DNA of 20,000 nt. Origin: Spizellomyces punctatus DAOM BR117 (lineage: Eukaryota). This document shows, in pieces, positions 1 to 9,858 of this stretch. Made by a program: the position numbers and the translations under genes. Numbering within the stretch: position 1 is the first letter of the stretch; the number at the start of each line of letters is the position of its first letter. Below the pieces are notes generated by a model, which worked only from the letters and a program-made list of their open reading frames with translations, was not told the DNA's origin and made no database searches. Location: NCBI GenBank assembly GCA_000182565.2, contig KQ257453.1; one strand, given 5' to 3'.

Positions 1-430
1 CAGACATTTCACATCTTTGAAGAATATCCAAAAATGGAGCGATCCAATGCTACATCTACATTTTTCCACTCAAACCCCAGTTCACCTCTTATCTCATATA
101 CATCCATTCTTTCGGATTTTGATACACGACCCGTCCATGCACTTTGTACACTTGCATCTAGCAGCCCCGGAAGTGAGATAACGATGGATGGAGGGAGGAA
201 GCCAAGGAGGTTTTGGAAGGTGTTCAAATTTTGGACTCACGATGGATGTTAGTTATGGAGATCCATCCACCAGGACGGATGGCGTTCTGAGGATGCTTTG
301 GACATATGCGAGCATCTTCATTTGAGATCAAGTTACATAGCAAGTAGATGCCCCGTTTAGCGCTGCTTCCTAGTAGTAGCATAATATTGCACTGAGCAAA
401 ACATCATTGCAAAGTATGCTGGTATTTTTC

Positions 431-447
431 ATATATATATATATATA
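431..447. repeat. (AT)n microsatellite
   Basis: 17 nt perfect alternating AT run, downstream of the minus-strand secreted-protein gene. Confidence 0.9.
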
Positions 448-571
448 CTTCAACATTGTTTACAGAAATCCGCAACATCCACCCACAGTGTTTGCGTGGG
501 GACTTGCTTCTTTGTACAAGATAAATACAGACTGCACCAGATCTCTAGGCATTCAAGCGATTCGTAGATGA

Positions 572-1380
572 TTATTGGGCACGGTGACGAAATCGACGGG
601 CGGCCGCGGCGTCCTTTTTGGCTCCCTTCTTGGCTTTGGCAGCAGCCTTCTTGGCAGCCGCATTCTTGGCCTTTGCGGCCTTCTTGTCGGCACCCTTTGC
701 CTTTTTCCCTTTAGCGTCACCCGCAGCCTTTTTGCCCTTTGCGTCGCCAGCAGCGTCTTTGCCCTTTGCGGCAGCCGCTCCATCTTCAGCCGTCGCGGCT
801 GCTACTGCTTTAGCCTCCCCAGCGGCATTACCGCCGGCACCACCGTTAACATTGACAAGGGCACAAGATCCGAATCCGTTTCCATTGCCAGCTTGCTTGA
901 TTTGCATGACGCATCCGGTATCGGGGCAATTCAAGTCGGCGGGAACGGTGAATTTAACGTCATGGGCTTGCTTTGTCGTGCCCTTGGGTGCTTTCCTATT
1001 CTGGCCGGGTGCGTCTTGGGTGATGGCGGCCTTGACATCGAACGATGTGCCCTTTCCGGTAGTGTCGAATCCGACTTGGACTAAAAGAATAGGGTATTGA
1101 GATGAGCAAAAAATACACAAAACACTAGGTGGATTAGAAACAAAAAGAAAGTTGGATACATACGTGGACCTCCACCATCACCGTTCAAGATGAACCATTT
1201 GACAGTCGCTTCCTGTCCAGCTTGAAAGTTTCCAGTAGCCTTTGCGGCAGCGAGATCAGCACCTTTACCACAGTCTGCACCGATTCGGACAAACTTATTA
1301 GAAAGGGGCGCAGGTTCTTTGAGCTGGCCGTGCGCGCTGACGAGCGCTGCAGTGGAGAGAAGTAAAAGAAGCTTGTACAT
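572..1380 (-). CDS. Secreted Egh16/GAS1-like (DUF3129, LPMO-like) protein with Lys/Ala-rich C-terminal tail; complement(join(572..1080,1164..1380)), 241 aa
   Basis: ATG at 1380; signal peptide MYKLLLLLSTAALVSA then HGQL. Intron 1081-1163 (GTATGT...TTTAG) joins NGDGGGP to LQVGFDTTGKG in frame (726 nt total). Motifs NGDGGGP, F-x-V-P-x-D-L-N-C-x(4)-C-V-M-Q and GFGSC match my recollection of the Egh16/GAS1 pattern (NADGAGP...MP..M.C...CLVRC...GPFGGC). The gene model is firmer than the family call. Confidence 0.8.
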
Positions 1381-1506
1381 TGTCTTTCTTGTTGTGTAGT
1401 CGTGCTCGAGGATACCAAGAAACGGTACTTTGCTGCGAGGTGCCGTGCTCTTATAGGATTTAGAATTGGAGCTTCTTGGCGTCTTTTCTCCTCTGCTTAT
1501 TTCCTG

Positions 1507-1671
1507 TCCGCGGAAATCCTCCAAACACGAGACTATCATCCTATTAATGATCACATCTTGCGGGTTTCAGCAATGATGGTGCTGCAAAGCTCTTGGCTAA
1601 CCACTACTCTTTTACCGCGGAACAAATTGATACAAAGGCACAAAAGACAGGCAGTCATCGCTTTCCGCGGT
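1507..1671. promoter_or_regulatory. Three WCCGCGGAA sites (PDRE-like, candidate Zn2Cys6 factor sites) upstream of the Egh16-like gene
   Basis: TCCGCGGAA 1507-1515, ACCGCGGAA 1614-1622, TTCCGCGGT 1663-1671 (reverse complement ACCGCGGAA), 130-290 nt upstream of the ATG at 1380. Confidence 0.4.
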
Positions 1672-1858
1672 GGATCTGCAACTGCGACAACGTTTTGGAC
1701 ACTACAAGCCATGCAGGATTTGCTCAAAAGCAACAAAAAACCCGTTGAAACGTTCCTTTTTCCATGTCACTAGCAACCTGTTGCAATAGTAGAAATTTAG
1801 AACGCCTTCAATTGTGGTGTTCATTGCAATAGATGAAGTTTCAACTCCAGTTATTAAA

Positions 1859-1911
1859 TCACGTGAAAGCAGAATATCACATGAGTACACGTGATTAACG
1901 AGCTGACGTCA
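1859..1911. promoter_or_regulatory. Cluster of three E-boxes and a CRE in the divergent promoter
   Basis: TCACGTGA 1859-1866, TCACATGA 1877-1884, ACACGTGA 1887-1894, TGACGTCA 1904-1911. Confidence 0.5.
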
Positions 1912-2163
1912 GAAGTGTGAAAAGTTCGGCGGTTGAACTTTACGCGCTACTTTTTTTATTTGGATGGGGATGATCATTTATTTGATGGGCGTTTTTTTGT
2001 TTTTTTTTTTTGGATGGGATGGATTGGGGGATGGAGATGACTTCATCGATAGATCGATATTCAAAACAATTATTAATATATCAATATTGTCCATCATTCG
2101 TCGTAGTTTTCTTGTTTTTATATGCAGGGATTTGGTGTGCACTTGCTGCACCATTTGCTCTTT

Positions 2164-2233
2164 TGTGTGTGTGCGTGTGCGCAGTGTGCATGCTTGTGTG
2201 TGTGCGTCGTTGTGCGCGTGTGTGTGTGTGTGT
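2164..2233. repeat. Imperfect (TG)n microsatellite just upstream of the MscS ATG
   Basis: TG/CG alternating tract ending about 25 nt before ATG 2258. Confidence 0.85.
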
Positions 2234-2257
2234 AGATTGCAACCTCCTTGATTTACA

Positions 2258-3735
2258 ATGATCAGCGAAACATGGCAAAAGATTGTCATTCCCATTGCTG
2301 CAGTGCTCATATCTTGGATCGCTCACACACTCCTCTTTCTCCTCTTGCGCTGGGCTGCTCGCAAGACGCCTTGGCCATTTGATGATGAGTTGGTCTGTTA
2401 CAGGTACCTTGTTCAACATGTTTGCTGTTGTTGCGCTTTTTGTGTGCTGTACAAAGTTTGCTCATGCTCGCTTTGATAGCAAATGGCCGCTCTTTGTCCT
2501 GTTTCCAATCATTGCCGTCCTCGTTGCACTTGCAAACATAAGTGTCGATCCAAATACCTTTGTCACGGTTCAGAGGATCTTTATCGTCCTGTTGATTGCT
2601 GGGATTGGCTATTTGGCTTGTAACATGGTGAGATGTATGTATTCTGCACAAGAAGGATGAGGTGGAAAATACTCCAACGGATGGATGGAGCCCAGGCAAA
2701 AAAACCGAGTTGCGACGGAAACATGCAACCAAAAAGCAGCTAACCTTGTCTTTGTCTTGACCAACAGTGGCAGCTTTAACTCTTATCCGCGCAAATAAGG
2801 TCGAATCTGAAAACAACCTCCACGCCCGCATCGCTCACACCCAAGTCCAAGTCTTCAAACGTCTCTGCTATGGCTTCATCGCAGTCATTTGCGCGGCTTG
2901 CATCGTCTTCACCTTTCCCGCCGCATGGCAAATCGGAGCGTCTCTCCTTGCCTCAGCTGGAGTCATGGGCATCATTATTGGTATCGCCGCAAAGCCTATT
3001 CTCGAAAACTCTCTATCAAGCTTGATCATTGCCGTCACACGTCCGATTCTTCTTGATGATGAAGTCATTATTGATGGAGAATATGGCCGGGTAGAAGCCA
3101 TTCACTCCATGTATGTTGTCGTCCGGACTTGGGACGCCCGTCGACTCATTATTCCCCTCTCCCGCATCTTTACCTCAACATTCGAAAACTGGTCCCGTCG
3201 CTCCCCCTGGAAAATTGGAACTATATTTATCTACCTTGACCCATCCGTTCCCGTAGACGCCCTCCGCACAATCTACATGGACAAGGTCCTTCCCTCCTCG
3301 GGTGGACTCTGGGACGGCAAAGTGGCCAATTGCGCTGTGACAGACGTGACATCAGATGGATTCCTTCAAATTCGCTTTCTAGCTTCCGCTCAAGACCCAT
3401 CCAAAGCATTCGATCTCCGGTGTCATGTTCGCGAAAAAGTCGTGGAAGCAGTCCAACAGCGCTGGCCATGGGCTCTGATTCGTCATCGTCTTGAAATCTC
3501 CACATCCATGCCCAAACATGTACTGAACGACGGAGACCGACTTGATCCATTGATGAACCAACCCGTCCGACCACGGCCTCTCTCTGATCAAGCAAGCCTG
3601 GAAACTATTCGACAAACGAGCGAAAAAGTTCTTTTCGATGGATTGGCGCGAGGAAATTTGGATGATGCTGGCCATCATGATGGCGGACAGTATGACGGTG
3701 GCCATCATCAGAACGTTGGTGCCGAACATTCGTAG
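2258..3735 (+). CDS. MscS-family mechanosensitive ion channel, bacterial type; join(2258..2403,2480..2634,2768..3735), 422 aa
   Basis: Introns 2404-2479 (GTACCT...TAG) and 2635-2767 (GTATGT...GCTAAC...CAG) give 1269 nt in frame. MscS motifs: SLLASAGVMGIIIGIAAKPILEN (TM3), RPILLDDEVIIDGEYGRVEAI, YVVVRTWDARRLIIPL, FENWSR, FDLRCHVRE. Confidence 0.93.
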
Positions 3736-4315
3736 TTGCCTTGGACTTTTTTTTAATTCCGGGAAAAATGGGCTTGGTTGTGCATGGATCTTGAGGACTA
3801 TACCTAGAGCGTAGAAACTGTATATTATTATTAACAATGGAGAAAACCACAAACCATTCATGACATGCTCTTTTGAATATTTCCTTCCAACCTAGGCATC
3901 CATTACGATTGCTCTAACTGTGGTAACTAGCGCCCACCAAGCCGTATCCTACCAGGCCTTTGCGTCCAAAGCTTGAATGGAGGATGTTCAGATACTTGTA
4001 AATCAGAATTATACTGGATGGTGAGGCAAAAAACTACATGATCACCGTAACATAAAAGTAGACTGCTGTTATCGTCAGAAGGGTAAAGTTCTTCAACACC
4101 AAATTGGATTGCCATGTTGAGCGGCGAGGGAACTTAAAGAACAAGACGTTAGAAGGAAGAGGTTGAGGCAGATCACAGATGTCAAACTAACAGCGGGCTG
4201 TTTATAAAAGTGGAAAAGAGCGAATTTTTAACGCTGGTATCTTGTCCATCTTCTCTGCCCTTCACACACACGCCTATCACGCCGAGCGCTGGAATGCAAG
4301 CCATTTCTAGGCATC

Positions 4316-4355
4316 ATGACGGTGGCCGTCATCAGAGCGTTGGTGCCGAGCATTC
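4316..4355 (+). repeat. 40-nt dispersed copy of the MscS 3' coding end (3692-3731)
   Basis: ATGACGGTGGCCgTCATCAGAgCGTTGGTGCCGAgCATTC versus ATGACGGTGGCCaTCATCAGAaCGTTGGTGCCGAaCATTC; 37/40 identical. Confidence 0.9.
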
Positions 4356-5040
4356 TAGGTTCCTAGTGACATGCAAAAAGGAAGCTTCAACGGATGTTTT
4401 TTGTTGAGATGATACTTCTCAAGGACAGCAACACCGGTAGCTGCACCCAAGGCAATCTACTTCTTGCTGGAGAGACATTTCGATTGCAGGACAAACTTCT
4501 ACCAAATGTGAGTCGATGTAAATAGTTATCTGCCATGACACACTCTACACAGTGAGTTTTAGATCGGCATAACTCAATAATGGACATGTTGGCCGTCGAC
4601 GATTTTCCTTGTTACCAAAATATATTTGGTGCATGTATCGATGATATTCTGCGTCATATACAACTTGTATCGATGTATTCAGTGGATAATTGGTTGTTAA
4701 GGAGCATATGAAGTACTACAAAAGTCCCGTATAGTTCAAATCAAACACCGCTGTACTTGTCCGTTGAACACATTCATAGGAGTTATATCATTTCTTGTAC
4801 TGTGGAGCTATAGCATTAATAGTATGAAGTTTGACTATCTCGCAAAAAAATACGTTCTGGAACTCCAGCGTTTAGAATGTTCAAGACCTCCACATTTCTG
4901 CCCCGTCTCAGATCATTTTATCAAGTTTCTCATTTTCACTAAACGTACCTGATGACGGCAGAGGCATTCATCTTGGCTGTACGAGTTGCAAAACAGAAAC
5001 CAAAGGGTTTTGGATGCAGGCCTACATTAGTCTTCGGTGC

Positions 5041-5579
5041 CGCTGATTTGGAACCTTGCAGCGACATGTTCTTGCAAAACACCGCCAAGTTTTTTTGGTC
5101 AATGACCTGGAACACTTCAACGGTTGAGTCGCTCTTCATGGCATGTCTCAACGACGGTGTGGAGAAGGAGATCATTCAAGACAGGAATCAGGGTTCTAGG
5201 ATGCAGATAATGAAAGCACACATACGTAATTGTGCTGATCTGCAACCTTGGTGGGAATGTACATGTTCCTGCAAAGTGTGCACGAGTGGTCCAGCTCTTG
5301 TTCTCAATGACCTGGAACTCTTAATCTTGAGTCGGTGTTCGATTCATGTTTCAATGGACGATGTGGAGAAGAAAACGATCCCAGTCAAGACAACAAGCAG
5401 GGCGCTGATGCAGATAATGTGGGTATACATCACCGCTGATTTGGAACCTTGGAGGGACATGTTCTTGCAAAAACCGGCCTATTTCTTTGGTCAATGACCT
5501 GGAACCTCAATCGTGACTCGCTCTTCATGGCATATCTCAATAGAAGGTGTGGAGAAGAAAGTCAATCCGAGACAACAAG
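5041..5579. repeat. Degenerate tandem repeat, about 3 units of ~190-200 bp
   Basis: Units start at 5041, 5233 and 5434. Shared blocks GCTGATYTGSAACCTTG, ACATGTTCYTGCAAA, TCAATGACCTGGAAC and TGTGGAGAAG; GATGCAGATAATG in units 1 and 2. Confidence 0.88.
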
Positions 5580-5862
5580 TATAGAGTCAAACAAGACCCA
5601 CCTTTTTCGTTCATTCCCTGTACCATCTTGTTCTCTGCACTGCCTTCGTTGATCCTCATGGCATGTTCCAAAACAAGGCCTTTTCTGCCTGAAACCAGCA
5701 GGGAATGAAACCAGCAACATTACGCAGATATCCCAACTACACACAGAGCATCTTCCATCACCCTCCCACACCAACCATTTAAAAAGGCACCGGGTCCCGA
5801 TCCATCCCCCTTTTCATCATCACCCATCGTCGAGAACCAACACGGAACAGTTTCAAGCAACC

Positions 5863-6314
5863 ATGCGAACCATCTTCTCCATCCTCTTGGCTAGCGTATT
5901 GATGGGAAGCGTTTGGGTATGTACGTTTGTTTTTCTTTTGTCAAAGTTTCCTTTTTGATGTTTTAAAACGACTTTGACATTTTTTAGGGGTTCCCCCAAA
6001 ATGTCGAGATTGCCGGTCCAGGAACTACAACCACTCACCCGGCTCCAATCGGCGGAGAAGCTCCCAGCGGTGCACCCATGGTAGCAGGTCCAGGCGGCGG
6101 TTCAGGCGGCGGCGACGGCGGTAGTGGTGGAGGAGGTGGAGGCAGTCCTACCGCCCCTTTCCCATCGTTTGAAGCATTCCCTTCGTTTGCGGTTCCGGCT
6201 CCGGCGCCTTCGGGGGCAGGTTTTGATGTTGCTGGGCCTGGTGGTACGTCTGTGCACCCGAGTGAGATAGCCACGGCTCATCCGAGTGCTGCTGCGCATC
6301 CTACGGCAGCGTAA
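5863..6314 (+). CDS. Small secreted Gly/Pro-rich protein; join(5863..5916,5988..6314), 126 aa
   Basis: Signal peptide MRTIFSILLASVLMGSVWG split by intron 5917-5987 (GTATGT...TTTTTAG); in frame with the 6078-6314 ORF. TATA-like TTTAAAAA near 5778. Confidence 0.82.
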
Positions 6315-6581
6315 GAGTTGAGTATGTTTTGTAGGAAGGGTCTATAGTGTTTGGGATCATCATGAATGTCTGTCATTATACCATTTCTTGTACTGTAAAG
6401 CTGTATCCATGAGTAGTATATGAATATATCATCATTTTTTCGAAAGTCTTTTGCATCCAAGTCGTTGTCACATTTTGACTGACAAAAGCAAAGTATCCTG
6501 CATAATCCCCTCGAAAGCTCATTTATCAAAACAAACGAATTCACGATACAAAATGCCCCCATCCCCCATCACATCGTCAGC

Positions 6582-8997
6582 CTACACTACCGGTTTATCA
6601 TGCGCATGTTTATCCACAAACTTTTGCAATCCCTTTGACATGTAGTAAGGTCGTTCCCTGGAACCATCATTCCGTTGTGAGTCTTCGCAAAACGAAATGA
6701 AAATGGTTGTGATGGCCATCGAAAAAGTGGAGAGGAAGGCGGTTGCGGTGATGTAGGAGAAGATAATGATAAACTATAGTGTGTGTTAGGTTCTTTGTCG
6801 AAGAGACAAACGCGACAAGAGGATGCTTACCACGAGGGGAACGGCATAGTTGGCGAAGACTTCGGTGTCCTTTTCGAGGTAGACCATTAGGCCGAGACCT
6901 CCAAGACCTGTGATAAACACAACAGCGAGTTTGCCGATGAAGATGAGGAAATTGCTGACTTTGTTGACAATGATGATGCTAAAAGCGGGTACGTGAGCCA
7001 GAGCTCAACACACTGTAGAAATATCCACTTGAAACCTACCGAAGTGCATTCGCAGCGATAATCTCCAACGCCATCCTTGCGGCCGTACAGAAACTGTATC
7101 CATAGACGGCGATCTCAACGTATGCATTCTTTGTCAACATTTTCAACAGCTTTTCAATGCACTTGAAGCAGCACTGGAGACAGCACAAACAGTATTGTGC
7201 TGCCTTGTTTCCTGTTCCCTTGACCCGTCGTTGCGCCTCAACAATCAGGAGACGTATCAACTGAACGATGGCAATGATGAGTGAACCAAACGCCAGCGAA
7301 CCGAGGTGGTATCGGAGGGTCCGACCGAAGGATTTGAGAACAGGGAGGGAAGGAAGGGCTTTCTTGTCTCGGGCCCAGTACCAACACGCAATGGCTCCAG
7401 CAACTGTGCACTGCCCGATCGCGACAATCCAGTTGTAAACCCACAAGAACCCAAACACGAAATACACTTGCAGGTACTGTAACGTCCCCGATGACGAGTA
7501 ATGCTTCCCAATATTGCTCAATCCTTCATTAATATCTGCTTCTACTGCACCGGCAATCACGTCACCCGATGTGGCAAGGAGGGCCATCACGCCGATAAAC
7601 ACAACCATCCAGATAAGGAGCACAAGGTACTTAAAGAACGGGAAGAAAACAATCATGGGCATGGCTTTCATGGATGTGCTTGCTTCTTTGATGATTCGGA
7701 CCGCAAGACGAATTCGACGGAGCATGCATAGGATGATGAGGGTAAGGATGAGGGCGATACCACCAATCACACAACCTAAAAACAAAAAACCGGGTCAGGA
7801 ACCCACTAGAATTAACAAAACAAAGCAGGACTTACCCAACGTCAATAACAGCTTCTCATTGTAAAGGGCCGCATCCACTTGCCCAAATCCAGTCCCCAAG
7901 AACCCTTGATGCAACACCGTAATTCTCAAGTAATTATAAATAAAGTACCCCGCCAGACCCCATCCAGCAAGCAACACCAGCGAAATCGTGAACCAAACAA
8001 GGAACCCCGCAAAGAACTGCAGAAGCAACAACCATGTCGCCGACAAGATGAATGCTGCTCCAACACAGACCGAAATGACCCACCAATTTTCAGCAAGGTC
8101 TTGGAAAATCATTGTAGCAACGTCTCGACCATTGAAATCTAATGAGAGTGTTTTCCCCCAATTTGGCGACGCCGTCGACTGGAAGGTTTGATTGTAGTAT
8201 GTTGCATTCGCAGCCGCTCGAATGTCCGCCAACAAAATCGTGGGTATACACCGATGCAAAACGGCTTCAGATTGAAGCGTAAGGGTACATGTTCCATTTC
8301 CAACCTGCCACATCCGACCTTGGACGTCGGATGCAGGTGAAATGTCATATGGACACACAATATAATTGTAGTCAGCCGTGTGCTGAGGACACTCGTAGAC
8401 ACACCTCTTGTACGTGTTGTTCACGTCAAGGTCAAAATAGTAGAGATACGTTTCGTTACGAAGATCACGGGCGGAATCAGTACCATTGATGGATCCACAG
8501 AGGTTACCCTCTGAATCCCGACCATATAAGAGACGATTGACGTTTCCGTACCGAATTGAATAGTATCCAATCGCAACCATGGCTCCAAAAGCAATGATAA
8601 ACAAAATGAGCCAAAACACATCATGGCATTTCCGATTCTTGACATTATCATCACTCGGTTTGGGTTCCTCCTCGTATCGCTCTATTTTATCTCTCTTTTC
8701 TTTCTTCCCTTTCTTGGCGCCCTCGGGAGGTGTCCATGCTTCCTGTCGCGCCCGTGGTGGTGGAGGTCCTCTTGGTTGACGGTCATACTGCGGACGGTCG
8801 TATTCGTGGTCATAGTTGGGTGCGTGGTGCACAGGCGGGTATGCTCGTCTGGGTTCGTATCCATCATCTTCGTACTCACGGGGACTGGGGTATGCGGGAC
8901 GGTGGTGGTAGGGGTTTTGGGGTGGAGGTGGGCCGCTGTATCGGGCATATGGGTCCTCGTCGTACGCACTTGGGTACACGGCGCGATGGCTCGGCAT
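6582..8997 (-). CDS. Choline transporter-like protein (SLC44/CTL, Pns1 family); complement(join(6582..6773,6831..6978,7040..7775,7836..8997)), 745 aa
   Basis: Three GT-AG introns (7776-7835, 6979-7039, 6774-6830) give 2238 nt in frame. Motifs RKCHDVFWLILF, YGRDSEGNLCG, YHLGSLAFGSLI, NAYVEIAVYGYSFCTAA, FCEDSQRNDGSRERPYYMS. Confidence 0.95.
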
Positions 8998-9652
8998 GTC
9001 GGATGCGTCGGTTGTGTCGGGTATGGTTGTTTTTCGTTCGAAGGTGTTTGTCTTGAGGGTATATGTTCACAATCCACAAATCAAAAGTGTCTTGCAAAAG
9101 AAGAAATCAGTTATTGCGAAAATGCTACGTTTCCTGTATCGGACACTCTTTATATAAATCACGCACTGCTCAGCGACATTTTCTTGGCTACAGCATTCTT
9201 GTTATTTTTCTTTTTACCCAAGGTATTTTCAGCAACTACACCCAACATTTCGGAGGGGTATTCCCGCCAAGCACTAAAATAACAATGGCGGAACATCTAT
9301 AAATAGCTCATCCCCACTTGGCATACCAGGCTCACACATATTGTATGAGATAAATATTCGCATGGCTTTGTGACAACATTGCAAACATGTGAGGGGTGTT
9401 TGTTGCTTGGCAGTTTTCAATCTTTGTCTCGGCGTACTCCTTGAATCTTGTGACATACGACTGGAGCTTGACCTATTTGGGCACAGAACAGTTGTGTTGC
9501 AAACCTGTGCAGGGAATATGAACAAGTAGAGAATATAGAGAATATACTCGATATTGCTACATACAATCTAGACAGGATATAGAGCATGCCTCCACTCCAC
9601 AGAGGCCGCAGGTAGAAACTGAATGACCATTCGTCTCGAAGCGTCGCCTCCG

Positions 9653-9844
9653 AACTCTCCGCTGATTATGTAACAAATTAATGTGGCGCAGGTCGGCGCC
9701 ATGCTGACAAGACCCGATCAGCATGTCGCATCCAACAACAATCTTCTACCTTCTGCAATTCCACCTTCCATGCTAAATCCTCTGATCAGGACATAGGGCA
9801 GCAAGCAAACGTTACCCTACCGATTGGGACCTTTCTTTCCAAGG
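9653..9844 (+). pseudogene. Dead partial duplicate of the CCDC130/YJU2B promoter, intron 1 and start of exon 2
   Basis: Collinear with 16943-17187: 21/21 AACTCTCCGCTGATTATGTAA, GCGCCATRCTGACAAG, CCGATCAGC, AACAATCT, ATGCTWAATCCTCT, AGGGCARCAA, TTACCCT, GAYTGGGACC. The ATG exon and splice donor are absent. Confidence 0.85.
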
Positions 9845-9858
9845 AAGGCTTCCCACTA

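Noticed and set aside
1-252. Plus-strand frame open from the window edge to TAG at 250-252, possibly the 3' end of a gene
   Set aside because: No recognisable motif and no upstream context; an antisense ORF of similar length overlaps it, so neither can be supported.
553-1100. Overlapping ORFs 553-783 (-), 575-1084 (+) and 618-1100 (+)
   Set aside because: Shadows of the GC-rich, Ala/Lys-repetitive exon of the Egh16-like gene.
1964-2419. Cys/Val-rich and His/Thr-rich ORFs
   Set aside because: Translations of the (TG)n microsatellite and T-runs.
3927-4952. Short ORFs between MscS and the triple repeat
   Set aside because: 60-66 aa, no motifs and no coherent splice structure found.
4952-5497. 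181-aa ORF across the triple repeat
   Set aside because: The repeat units are read in inconsistent frames because of indels, so the ORF looks incidental.
8579-9302. 219-aa and other plus-strand ORFs
   Set aside because: Antisense to the well-supported CTL exon 1 and its promoter.
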